Positions 44,661 to 55,520 of a stretch of DNA of 64,000 bases are shown here, piece by piece. Numbering within the stretch: the first letter of the stretch is position 1; each line of letters begins with the position of its first letter. The stretch lies in assembly GCF_000142905.1 (NCBI RefSeq), contig NW_013657665.1, positions 124,001 through 188,000 of the forward strand, read 5' to 3'. A program made the position numbers and the translations under genes. The DNA is from Thecamonas trahens ATCC 50062. Its lineage: Eukaryota; Protista; Apusomonadida. The notes under the pieces are model-generated. The model saw nothing but the letters and a program-made list of their open reading frames with translations. It had not been told where the DNA came from and searched no databases.

Positions 44661-45947
44661 ATGGCGTCTTTGCCTGCGACTGCGACTGCGCCCACGTACG
44701 AGGAGCTACAGGCTGTGGTTGTCTCGCTGCGCGAGGAGCTCGCTCGGGCGACAGCGGCTCCTTCCACGCTTGCTGCTGGAGCGAGCCGGGCAGGAACTGG
44801 GGCTGAGGTCCTCGCCAGGGCGAGGGCGCAGACCTCCATGTCGGCCGAGGTGGTGGACTGGAACCCGTATTCGCGGCTCATGGCGCTGCAGCGGATGGGC
44901 GTGGTCACCGACTACGAGCGGATCCGGACGCTGACGGTGGCGGTGGTTGGCGTCGGCGGCGTCGGCTCGGTAGCAGCCGAGATGCTGACCCGGTGCGGCA
45001 TCGGCAAGCTCTTGCTGTTTGACTACGACACGGTCGAGCTGGCCAACATGAACAGGCTTTTCTTCCGGCCTGATCAGGCCGGAATGACCAAGACTTCTGC
45101 AGCGGCGGCGACGCTCGCGGTCATCAACCCGGACGTAGCCATCGACGCTCACCACTACAACATCACCGCGCCGGACAAGTTTGACGACTTTCTAGACGCG
45201 CTGCAGAGCGGTGGACTCGCGGGCCAGGCTGTCGACCTTGTGCTCTCGTGCGTCGATAACTTTGAGGCGCGGATGGCCATCAACCAGGCGTGCAATGAGC
45301 TGGGGCAAGACTGGATGGAGTCGGGCGTGTCGGAGAACGCCGTCTCGGGGCACATCCAGCTCATGATACCCGGTCGGAGCGCGTGTTTTGCCTGTGCGCC
45401 GCCTCTGATTGTGGCGCGCAAAGGTGATGAGCGCGAACTGAAGCGCGAGGGGGTGTGCGCGGCCTCACTGCCCACCACCATGGGCATTGTCGCCGGCCTC
45501 CTTGTCCAGAACGTGCTCAAGTTCCTGCTGGGCTTTGGCCAGCCGACGTACTACCTCGGATACAATGCCCTCTCGGACTTTTTCCCGTCGATGGTGCTGC
45601 GGCCGAACCCAGGGTGCGATAACAGCGCGTGCCGCGCGCGGCAGGCCGACTGGGCGGCGCACATCGCGGCGCACCCCGAGGACGACACCCAGCTCGGCGC
45701 GCCGCCTCCTCCTCCACCGGCTGTTGCGCCGCAATCGACCGAGAACGCGTGGGGCATTGTTATTGAGTGCGATGAGGGCGAGGAGGAGCGTTCCCAGCCC
45801 ACTGCGGGCGGCGATGCTGAGCTCGTTCCTGGCGTGCGGCCTGCGTACAATCCGGATGCGCCGCCAACCAACGACGCCCTCGCGCCGCGTGTCGACGCCG
45901 CGGATCTCGACCTCGACGCGCTCCGAGCGCAGCTTGCAAACATGTGA
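44661..45947 (+). CDS. UBA5: UFM1-activating enzyme E1
   Basis: [51 protein letters not shown], catalytic [18 protein letters not shown]1-interacting motif. Confidence 0.96.
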   Translation: MASLPATATAPTYEELQAVVVSLREELARATAAPSTLAAGASRAGTGAEVLARARAQTSMSAEVVDWNPYSRLMALQRMGVVTDYERIRTLTVAVVGVGGVGSVAAEMLTRCGIGKLLLFDYDTVELANMNRLFFRPDQAGMTKTSAAAATLAVINPDVAIDAHHYNITAPDKFDDFLDALQSGGLAGQAVDLVLSCVDNFEARMAINQACNELGQDWMESGVSENAVSGHIQLMIPGRSACFACAPPLIVARKGDERELKREGVCAASLPTTMGIVAGLLVQNVLKFLLGFGQPTYYLGYNALSDFFPSMVLRPNPGCDNSACRARQADWAAHIAAHPEDDTQLGAPPPPPPAVAPQSTENAWGIVIECDEGEEERSQPTAGGDAELVPGVRPAYNPDAPPTNDALAPRVDAADLDLDALRAQLANM

Positions 45948-45973
45948 AAGAGAATACAGTTTACCGAAAGACC

Positions 45974-48900
45974 TTACGGCGAGCTGAGAAGCTCGCGCAG
46001 CGAGGCGTGCTTGGCCTCGACGTCTGCGAGGCGCCGGGCCCGCGCTTTGAGCTCGTCCTGCAGCTCGCTGTTGGCGGCGCGGCTCTTTTCGAGAGCCTGC
46101 ACGACACGCGCGTGCTCGCCTTGCAGATGATCAAACTCGGCATGGAGCGCCTTGAGCTCGGCCTGGTCGGACTCGATGACGTCGCCAGCCTGGGCCAGCG
46201 ATGCCGAGACTTCGGCCAACGCCGTGTGCCGCTTCTGGACCTCGGTCTCCAGCTCTGCGATCCGGGTCCGCTGGAACTCGTCCTCGGTCTTGAGCTTGGC
46301 CACAATGTCCTCCATCAGCGCATACGACTCGTGAAGCACGGTGTGCTCCTCGTTTTTCTTGTCGAACCTGCGCTGTAGAGCTGCCAGCTCCTCGCGCAGC
46401 TCGTCGCACGCCATGTTGCGCTGAAGCAGCTTGCGGGTCGTCGCGTTCATCGCGGTCTCGATCTCCTGGTAGGTTGTGCGAAGGTCAGCCAGCTCTGCTG
46501 CAGTAGCAGCAGCGTCTGTCTCGACTTGGCCAATATGAGCGTCCTTGTGTGCCACAGCTTCTTCCATGAGGACGATAGTGTCCTTGGCCTGAACAATCTC
46601 GGCGTCCTTCTTGGCTACAGCCTCCTTCAACTGCGCGTTGTCAGCCTTGGCAGCGTCTGCCTCGGCAAGCGCGTCCTCAACCACAGCCTCCATTTCCTCG
46701 TTGTGGGCCATTGCGCCATCCAGCTCTGCTTCCAACACCTTCTTCTCCTCGGTGATAGCGGTGATCTGGAAGCGCGCGTCGTTGATGTCGGCCTCCATTG
46801 CCTGCATTGAGAGCTTTGCCTTGGCGACCGCAGTCTGTTTGGCATTGAGCGAGTCGAAACACTCCTGAAGCTCAAGCTGGGCGCTTTCGAGCTGACGCTT
46901 GGCCTGCTCAAGTTCGGTGAGTGTGGCGTTGTGGGCCAGCTGCTCGGCCTCGAGAGCCTCGCACGCATCCTCGATTTCGGCTTCGGCGTCGGACATTCGC
47001 TGGCGGGCGTCGGCCACCTCGGCCTCGTACGCGTTGAGCGCAACCTGAGTGCCCTCGAGATCGCCCTTGAGGCAAAGAAGCCGCTCGACTGTCGACGCGA
47101 GCTCGTCGCGCTCTGCAATGAGTGTCTCGTTCTCGCTGATGACGTCTGAGAGCTCGGTCTGGATGGCATCGTTGGCATCCGCTGCCACTTGCGCCTGCGT
47201 TTGCAGGGCAGCAATTGTGGTGTGCGCCTTGTCTCGCTCGGCAAGAAGCGTCTCGTTCTCGGCTGCCATCTCGGAGAGCTCGCTCTGGATGCGGCTGCTC
47301 GCGGTCGCCGCAGCCTCATTCTCAGATTGCAGCGAGGCAATCGTTGAATGAGCCTCGGCGAGCTCTCGCCGTGCAATCTGCAGCTCCATCCGGACATGCA
47401 AGAGCTGGGTGTGAGCTTCGGTCTCGGATGCGGCTAGCGCCTTGCGCATCTTCTGGGTGGTGGCAGTCAGCTCGGCGCCAAGCTCGCTGTTCTCGGCCTC
47501 CAGCACCGCAGCGCGAGCCGCAAACCGCTCTGCCGCCTGCGACGCCTGATCAAGCTCACCACTCTTGCATGCAAGCACGCCCTTGAGCGCATCATGCTGC
47601 GACGAGAGGAGCTCAAGCTTGGACTGGGCCGCGTTCCGCCCGCTCTTGGCCTCACGCATCTGCTTCTCGAGCTCGGCTACCCGGGCCTCAAGGCGCTTGC
47701 ACGACTTGGCGTACTTGGCGTTTGCATCCTGCATCTCTTCGATCTTGCCGTCGGCGCGAGGCTCGGTCTGGGCACGGAGCTCGTCGTACGCAGCCTGCAG
47801 GGCGGCATGCTCGACATCGCGCTCAGCCTTGGCCGCCCGCAGCTGTGCGAGCTCGGTCTTCAGCTTTGGAGTCGCGGCACCGCCAACGAGGTGTGCAAAG
47901 GCAGCCTGCGCCCGTGCCAGCTCGTACTTGAGGCTGTTGACCTCCTCGAGCGCGCCGGCGAGGCGTGCGCTTTCGCTTCCACCCTCGAGCGCGGCCCGGA
48001 GCTCAGTGAGCTCTCCCTTGACCGCATCGTGGCTCGTACGAAGCCGCATGTACCGTGCTGTCGAAACCGTCGAGCCGGACTCAAGCTCGAACTGAAGCCG
48101 CTGGACCTGCGCCTGCGCCGACAGCGCTTCGCGATGCCAGGCACACCCACCGGCACAGCTCTGCGCGCGGACTACGACCCGCGCCAAATACGGATCGGTT
48201 CGGGCCGCCAGCCGCGCCGCCGCCGCCTCGCGGAGCTCAGCCCGCTCTGCGCTACCCGAGAGCGCCACAAGCGTCCGGGCCTTGAGCCAAGACCAGCGCG
48301 AGCTTGTCTCAGTGTTGCTTCCGGCAACCCGAGCCTTGACGGACGCAAAGACCTCGTCCATCGCGGCTGCGGTGGGCGCCAGTCGCGCCGCACCATCAAC
48401 GACTACATACCACAAGCCCCAATCGGTGTCCAGCGATACGCCCTCACTCTGTAGCGCGGCAACGAGCTCGACAAAGCCGGGCGCGCTTCGCAGAACAGGG
48501 AGCGCGGGGTGCGGGCTCGCTGCGTTCCCCCCGTTGCCAACCGCCTGGCTGACGATGGCGGCGGCGGCAGCCTGCAGCTGCGCTCCCAGCTCGATCTCAC
48601 CCGAGGCCTTGCGAGCAAAGCTCATCTTGCGGGCCGCTGCCGCCAGCTTGCCCATGTTCTGCGGCAGCGTCGAGACAACAAAAGTCCTCGCCCGAGCATC
48701 CACCGGGTTCTCACTCTCTCCGCCTGCCAGAACACTCATGAGGGCCCGCTGCGCAAGCGCTGTGTACGCTTGCAGCATGCCAACCACCAGCATTCCGCTC
48801 CCGGTCTCAAGCACGGCGTCGATGGCGCCAGCCAGCTGGGCTTCGGTCCAAATCAGCGCGTCGAGCGCGGCCGGCTCGTGGGCCGCGCCCACTCCGCCCA

Positions 48901-49114
48901 CCGCCCACACCACCTTGTCCAGCAGCGGCGGCAGCGAGCGCTCCAGCTGCTCACGCGACTGAACCAGGCTCTCAATCATTCCAACAACATCGTCCTTGGC
49001 CTTGGCCCTGCACCCTCGCGCGCCATCCGCTGTCCGTTAGTTGCTCCCTTTTCCCCCGGCCGTCGCAGCCAAATCGCATTCAAAATTTGAGCGTTTTGGG
49101 TTGTCGTCTCCCCG

Positions 49115-49149
<35 letters not shown>

Positions 49150-49225
49150 ACCCGCACCGCACCGCACCGCACGGGCCGTCCTTCCCACACCGTCCGTTTT
49201 ACTGCAAACCAGCGTGGACGTACAT
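45974..49225 (-). CDS. Long coiled-coil protein of unknown function; probable 5' intron 49223..49008
   Basis: ~1000-aa ORF, heptad-rich after about residue 290. An upstream AT|GTACGT...ACTAAC...CAG|G would extend it in frame to MAKAKDDVVGMIES. Confidence 0.8.
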
Positions 49226-49379
49226 GGTGTTAGGTGACGAAGGCGGACCTGCCGCGAACAATGTCGGCACAAAAGCTAGCTCGTCCATCTGTGCTTCCCC
49301 AACGAGACGACTGTGGCCGCCCAGGCCCAGACGCCCGCCCCTCCCACCGTCGTCGTTCGTTCAATTGATTCTAGCCGGC

Positions 49380-50561
49380 TTAGGCGCCTGCATCGCCACC
49401 GTCGGCATCGTCTTGGTCTCCAGGAGCCTTGCTCTCGCCCGCGCCCACGCCTTTGCTCACGGACCAGGCTTGGCCCGACGCTGGCGGCGCAAACGAGAGC
49501 GTGGCAAAGCCGCGCGCGAGGTCGACGGGCCGTAGAGCTTGTGTCGCATACGCGCCATAGGCCGGGCAGCGGGGCGCAATCAGATCCTTGAAGAAGATGA
49601 CAGCAGACTCGTATTCAGCGAGGGAGGTCGGTTGGAGATGATGCTTATCCTTGTCCGGCAACGGAGTAGAGCGCCGCTCGACGCGCTCCTTGAGAGCATT
49701 GAACTCGGCGATGAGGTGCGGGTCTGGCGGAGTGCGAAGCGGCGCTCCGTTGGCGCCGGCTGGGGCGCGGGCCGACCGCCGTGGCGCAAAGGCCCTGAAC
49801 CAAGCTTTGCCTTCGAGAGCCTGCTCCACTCGCTCGCTGACGTTGCCTCTGGGCATCGCCATGTCGGCAGCGAGGACGTTTTCCGGCAAGTAGGCGGGAG
49901 TTAAGGCATTGAGGCCGATGCAGTGGGTGCGCGGCCGCTGCGGGTTACTGGAACCGAAGAGCCCACGGGGACGGTTGGTGCCTGGACGTTCGCCAGCCGG
50001 CTGCGCTGCACCGCTGCTGCGTGCTGATGGACTAGTAAAGCCGCTGAACGAGAACTTGGCCGCCGCCGTCGCCGATGTCTTGCGGGGCTTGCGAGCGTCG
50101 ACGCGGCCGGCCTTGAGGCGCGCGCCGCGCAGCCGATGCGAGTGGGCAAGGCCGGGCTCTTGCAGCTCGGTGCACATCTTGTGCAAAGCATCCGCCTCGG
50201 CAGCGACAGTGTTGCGGAACTCGGAGCGCCAGTCGACCGCTCCGCTCTCCCGGAACCGGCGCTTGAGCTCGGGTGCCGCAAACGGGAAGCGCTGCTCAAA
50301 CAACCGCAGCCAGAGGTAGTTGTCGCTCGCCGCAACCTTCCATCGCTTACTCACGCGCGCCGCCCGGGCCATGTCCTCAGCCGACAAATACGCAAGGACA
50401 TGGACCATGACTTCTGCAGGGAGAACCTCTGCAGGATCTACCCCTTCCATCGCTGATCCTGACACTTGCTCCGACTCGGCTGTCTCAGCTGCGGCGTTCA
50501 ACCCGACCGTCGACGCACCCGTTGTCTCGGTCCACACCTCCTGGTCGGTCGACGAAGCCAT
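49380..50561 (-). CDS. F-box protein
   Basis: LPAEVMVHVLAYLSAEDMARAARVSKRWKVAASDNYLW F-box motif; start at MASSTDQ. Confidence 0.85.
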   Translation of the reverse strand: MASSTDQEVWTETTGASTVGLNAAAETAESEQVSGSAMEGVDPAEVLPAEVMVHVLAYLSAEDMARAARVSKRWKVAASDNYLWLRLFEQRFPFAAPELKRRFRESGAVDWRSEFRNTVAAEADALHKMCTELQEPGLAHSHRLRGARLKAGRVDARKPRKTSATAAAKFSFSGFTSPSARSSGAAQPAGERPGTNRPRGLFGSSNPQRPRTHCIGLNALTPAYLPENVLAADMAMPRGNVSERVEQALEGKAWFRAFAPRRSARAPAGANGAPLRTPPDPHLIAEFNALKERVERRSTPLPDKDKHHLQPTSLAEYESAVIFFKDLIAPRCPAYGAYATQALRPVDLARGFATLSFAPPASGQAWSVSKGVGAGESKAPGDQDDADGGDAGA

Positions 50562-51000
50562 GCTGATGCTATGCCTCTGTGAACAGGCTGCAAGCCGACA
50601 AAACTTGCTGCCTCTTCTCTGCACTTCAAGTTGGGTGTTAGTTACCACAAGTGTCTCTTCCACCCCCGCCCTTGCCCTGTCTTTCTTCTGCGATGTCGGC
50701 ACGTGTTCGACTCGCCGCTAATTCCCGCCGCTACCCCCGCCGTCCTTTCCAACCGCGATCCACGCCCTCGCAATCCAATCCGAGAGCAACCATGGTATTC
50801 TGTCATCTCCGGGATTGCCGTACGCTGTATCTATGTAAGTCGTGCTGTGCGTGGCCGATCCCCCCCCTCCCTCCCCCCCCCCCCCCCCCCCACCATTCGA
50901 AGAAGGGTGCTCGAGGAGGGTGTTTTTAAGCGATGACGTGAGCGAGTAGGGCGCGCGGGGCCCCCCCCACACCCCCCCGGGGGTGTGGTCCCCAAGCCCG

Positions 51001-53249
51001 GGGGAGAAGATTGAGCGAGCAAAGGCTGTCCGTGAACAGCGTAAACGAGAGCAGCAGGTACGTACCCTCTACACCAACAAGTGCCATGCCTGCTTCCCAT
51101 GCCCATGCCTCCCCCCCCCCCCTTGCCTGTGGTTGCCCTCCGGCTGTGAATGGCGTTTGAACTTTGGGCTATTTGGCGCCAAGGCAGACCAGTCCGTCCC
51201 TCTCCCTCTCTCTCTCTCCCCTTCCGGCATGGCTCACAATCCAGGGGGCCGGCGCAGGAGAGGGAAGCATATGGAGGCAGCTCGCGCAGGTCGCATGCTC
51301 GTGGTGGCGGTGGTGGTGGTGGCGTTGGTGGCGGTGGTGGTGGTGCCGACTACTACTCGGGCGGCGGAAGAGGAGGCGCCGGTGCCGGTCGTGGCGGCGG
51401 AGCTCAAGAGGCTGATTGGGGCTACGGCAACGAGTACGATGCCGGATATGTAGAGGATGATGGGTACGGGTATGATGATGGGTATGGTGGTGGGGGATAT
51501 GGTGGTGGTGGTGGTGGTGGTGGTGGTGGTGGTGGCGGTGGCGGGTACAACGAGTATGACGAGTACGCGACCAAGGCTGTGTACGGGCACGATGTGCCGG
51601 GCATGTCGTCGCGGCAGTCGTCGCGGGCTCGGGCTGAGCGCGAGAGCGGCGGGCGTGGCGGGCGTGGCGGTGGGCGGCGGTACGGCGAGTCGTATGAGGC
51701 TGCGGCGTACGAGTCGCCAGCGCCACGGCGGAGCTCTCAACAGAGCAGCCACGCGCGGCAGGTCTCGGCGCGGTCGTCACCACAGCAAAACCGAGGGATG
51801 GCGCGGCGGCGGCTGTCGCACGACTCGACGGCGTCGTCGGTCTCCAACGTCTCGGGGGTGCCTTTCCCCAATGCTGCGCCGCGTGTTCCGCCCATCGGAT
51901 CGCAGGACGTCATCCGGTCGGTGCTCCAGCTGGAGAACGTGATGGCCAAAGAGGTGCTTGTCTCGCTCCTTCGCGAGCCGTGCTGCTCGTCGACCCACAC
52001 CGTGGTGGCCCGGCTGATGGAGTCCCATGGGTACGGGCCGAAGAAGGCCAAGCCGGCGGCGCGCCCCTCGCGGCCGACCCGGAAGTCGGAGCCGCGCCGG
52101 CCCGAGTGGAACAACGACTTTACCGAGCCGGCCTCGACGGGGCTCATTGACGACAGCGTCGACGTTCGCAGGCGGCTGCGTGAGCAAGAGCTGGAGCGCG
52201 CCCGCGAGGCCCAGCGCTCACGTGAGTCGAGCCGCGCCTCGAACGACGGCTACGGCGGCTACGACGGCTATGATGGATTCTCGGACCGCCAGTCGTCCGC
52301 GGGCTCTTCGCGCCGCCGCCGTCGCCGGCGCAAGAAGCCTGCCGCACAGCCTGCACCTGCGCCCGAGCCCGAGCCATACGCAGACTATGACGGGTACAAC
52401 GATTATGGCGGCCGCGGCGATGTTGGGTACGGAGGCGGCGGTGGTGATGGCTACGACGACGGCTATGGTGGCGGCGGTGGCGGCTATGACGACGGCTACG
52501 GCGGCTACAACGAGCCTGCACCTGCAACCAAGCCGGCGCGGCGACCGACTCATCGGCAGTCGTCCGCGTCGGAGCGCTCCAGCGGGCGCGGTGGCAGAAG
52601 CTTTGACAAGCAGCCTATTGGTGGCGGCCATGGTGGCGGCGGTAGCTTTGACGAGCGGCCCATTGGAGGCGGCATGCCGCTGGATGAGGTGCCGATCAAG
52701 GCCAGTGGCGGCTCGGGCGGCTTTGATCCTGTGGCAGCTTCGGCGCCGCCGCCGGGTGGCCTTGTCCCATGCTCGATCTGCGGGCGCAAGTTTGCCGCCG
52801 ACCGAGTGCAGAAGCACGAGGGAGCCTGCCGCAAGCTCAAGGCCGGCGCCAAGAAGCGTAAGACGTTCAACGTGGCCAAGCAGCGGATGGATCCGGAAAT
52901 GGCCAAGGCCAAGGCGGCAGCCAAGCGCCAGCCGGTGAAAAAGGCGCCCAAGAAGGACTGGCGCCGCGAGCATGAGGAGTTTGTCGCAAACGTCCGCGCC
53001 GCCCGCGAGTACTCGGCCGCTATCAAGTCGGGTGCCGATCCGTCATCGCTCCCACCGCCGCCATCCTCGGGCCCGAACCCAGACCATGTCCAGTGCCCAC
53101 AGTGCCTTCGGACGTTTGCCCCAGCCACCGCCGAGCGCCACATCCCGCGATGCAACGCCAAGCCGCGGGCCGGCGCCACCCGTCGCAATCCCCCTCCGCG
53201 ATCGGGCGGATCCGCCCGTCGTGGCCGTGGCTCCAGCCGCAGGTACTAA
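51001..53249 (+). CDS. ZC2HC1: ZC2HC1-like C2HC zinc-finger protein with long Gly/Tyr-rich low-complexity N-terminus; intron 51058..51257; true start not resolved
   Basis: CSICGRKF...KHEGAC, WRREHEEF and CPQCLRTF...RHIPRC motifs. A phase-0 GTACGT...CTCAC...CAG intron joins REQRKREQQ to EREAYGG. Confidence 0.78.
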
Positions 53250-53464
53250 AGCTCCCTCCCCATCCCTTCCCTGCACCTGCCAAAGCCAAGCCTTGCCTTG
53301 CCCAAATTGGTCGCATGCATCGTGGACGTTCCGAATCGGCATTCCGCGAAAGGCGGTTGTCGAGGCACAGGCAAGTGGAAGGTCACCTCTCCCCCCTCCC
53401 CCCTCCCCTCCCCCCCCCCTCTACCTCCACCCTCTCTCAACTTCTTCTCTCTGCGTGTGTTTGG

Positions 53465-54334
53465 ATGTCATATGCTGAGCTTGCGTCCGGCGGGCGCGCC
53501 GGCGGGCGCGGTGGGACCGGGTTCGACGCCCTCGGCGGGCAGGGCGACGCTGACGCCGAGTACATCCGGCTGACGCAGCAGGTGACTGACGCGCTGGGTG
53601 AGATGCTGGCCAATGTGTCGCGGATGTCGGGCCTGGTTTCCAAGCTTGGCGGGCCCAAGGACTCGCCGCGGCTCCGCGATACCCTCGCTGAGCTTTCGGA
53701 GACGACGCGGCTGCTCGCGCGGCGGACCGGGCGTGAGATCCGGATCATCGGAACGCTCGACGGCGGCTCGCCCAATGAGGTGCGCCAGCGCAAGATGCAG
53801 CAAAACAAGCTGAAGAAGGACTTTGAGGCCGCGCTGACCTCGTTTAAGGAGATCGAGAACGTCAAGATGCAGAAGGAGAAGGCCTTTGTCCGCAAGGCCC
53901 GCGCCTCCATCTCGGCAAAGTCCAACCCGTATGCCGGGCACGACGGGCCTTCAGATGCCACTGCCCTGCTTGCTGCCCAGGCCCAGTCCCAGGAGCAGCT
54001 CCGCCTCAACTCGCTTGAAAACGAGATCGACTTTAACGACGAGATCATTGCCGAGCGCGAGTCGGAGATCCGCGAGATCGAGGAGACCATTGGCGAGGTC
54101 AACGAGATCTTCCGCGACCTTGCAGAAATTGTCAACGAGCAGGGCGAGATGCTCGGCGAGATCGACAACAACATCGAGTCGACCGTCTCCCACACTGACG
54201 GCGCCGCCACCCAGCTCCGCATCGCTAACGACTACCACAAATCTGCCCGCAACAAGCAGTTTTGCTGCTACGGCATCATCGCTCTCATCTGTATCGCTGT
54301 TGTCGTCGCTCTCTCTGTCGGTCTCAAGAAGTAA
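53465..54334 (+). CDS. Endosomal Qa-SNARE (syntaxin 7/12, Pep12-like)
   Basis: Habc domain with LGGPKDSPRLR, SNARE motif EVNEIFRDLAEIVNEQGEMLGEIDNNIE, C-terminal TM helix. Confidence 0.92.
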   Translation: MSYAELASGGRAGGRGGTGFDALGGQGDADAEYIRLTQQVTDALGEMLANVSRMSGLVSKLGGPKDSPRLRDTLAELSETTRLLARRTGREIRIIGTLDGGSPNEVRQRKMQQNKLKKDFEAALTSFKEIENVKMQKEKAFVRKARASISAKSNPYAGHDGPSDATALLAAQAQSQEQLRLNSLENEIDFNDEIIAERESEIREIEETIGEVNEIFRDLAEIVNEQGEMLGEIDNNIESTVSHTDGAATQLRIANDYHKSARNKQFCCYGIIALICIAVVVALSVGLKK

Positions 54335-54433
54335 ATCCCCCCCTCCCCCTTGCGTACACCCTCGCCCTCCTCCTCCCCGACTTTCTCGGCTTTGGCTGCT
54401 CCGCCAGAGACCGCTGGTCATTCATTTGCGCAC

Positions 54434-54601
54434 CTAGAACGGGAGGAAGACCTTGTGCAGGCCCGGACGCTGCGGAGCCGGGGTGTTGTAGTAGCCGAGG
54501 CCGATGATGAGGGGGATGAACCCGTAGTGCAGGGCGTGCTTGCCGACCGTCATGGCCGTGTCCACCACCTTGAGGATCTTCAGTGCCGTCGACGACTCCA
54601 T
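54434..54601 (-). CDS. TOM7: Mitochondrial outer-membrane translocase subunit Tom7 (55 aa)
   Basis: HYGFIPLIIGLG signature. ATG sits immediately after a probable 5'UTR intron 54911..54602 (GTATGT...CTGAC...CAG). Confidence 0.85.
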   Translation of the reverse strand: MESSTALKILKVVDTAMTVGKHALHYGFIPLIIGLGYYNTPAPQRPGLHKVFLPF

Positions 54602-55520
54602 CTGTGCCACCTTGGCCTTCTCCATGTCAGCCACTATATCCGTACACCCACACCCACCACACCCACACCCATACACCAACCACCATCCGCCATCCATCAT
54701 CCACAGTGAGTCCTTGCCCTGTATATGCCCACCCCGGCCCTCTCCCTCTCCCTCTCCCAACCAACCAACCCGACATCACCCACCTCATCCACGCCCACAC
54801 CCCCTTCCCCACCCCAACCCCTCCACCCCCTGCATCCCTCCACGTCCACGCCCCCTCCCCCTCTTCCCCCTACCCCCCACACTCACACCTCCAGCCCTTT
54901 CCTAAACATACTTGTGAGATAGAAGTTGGATGTAGCCGTCTGCCTTTCCCCTCTGTCCCACTCAAAAGGGAGTGACAAAGTCTGTGGTCGGCCGGGCGGC
55001 TGACGCGCTCCTCCCCTCCCCGCTCCCCCCCCCCCCCCTCCTCCTCCGTCGTTCCTCCAACCCAGATCAACTCATACTGCCGTCAGTGCACAACCACCCC
55101 TTCCATCCCCTTCTTCTTCATCATCCCTCTCTCTCTCTCTCGCCATCGCAATCATCCGATCTCCATCAGCCGACCCCCCCCCCTCCCCCCCTTCCTCCAT
55201 CGACGCCACTCCCGCGCATGCCACCACCTGCCATCTCCGCTCAACCTCCTCCCGCCACCTTCACCCTCCTCCCCTTCCCGCATATTATCACTTGATCCCC
55301 CCCTTCCCCCCATCTCTACCCACCTCACATCTACGACTCGTCAGTGTGGTCAATCGATCCACCATCTCCTTCCATCCGATGTCCCCCCCCCCCTTCCTCC
55401 CCTCCCGCCTCTCCCCTTTCCGACACACTCCTTCGAGTCGAACGTTCTGAGCGGTCTCCGGCAGTCTGCCACAAAACCAGGCCCGGGTATGACACCACCT
55501 GTCGTACCTCGTGTGGCCAC

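Noticed and set aside
51229-51257. Apparent frameshift after ATG 51229 in the ZC2HC1 gene
   Set aside because: Better explained by the phase-0 intron 51058..51257.
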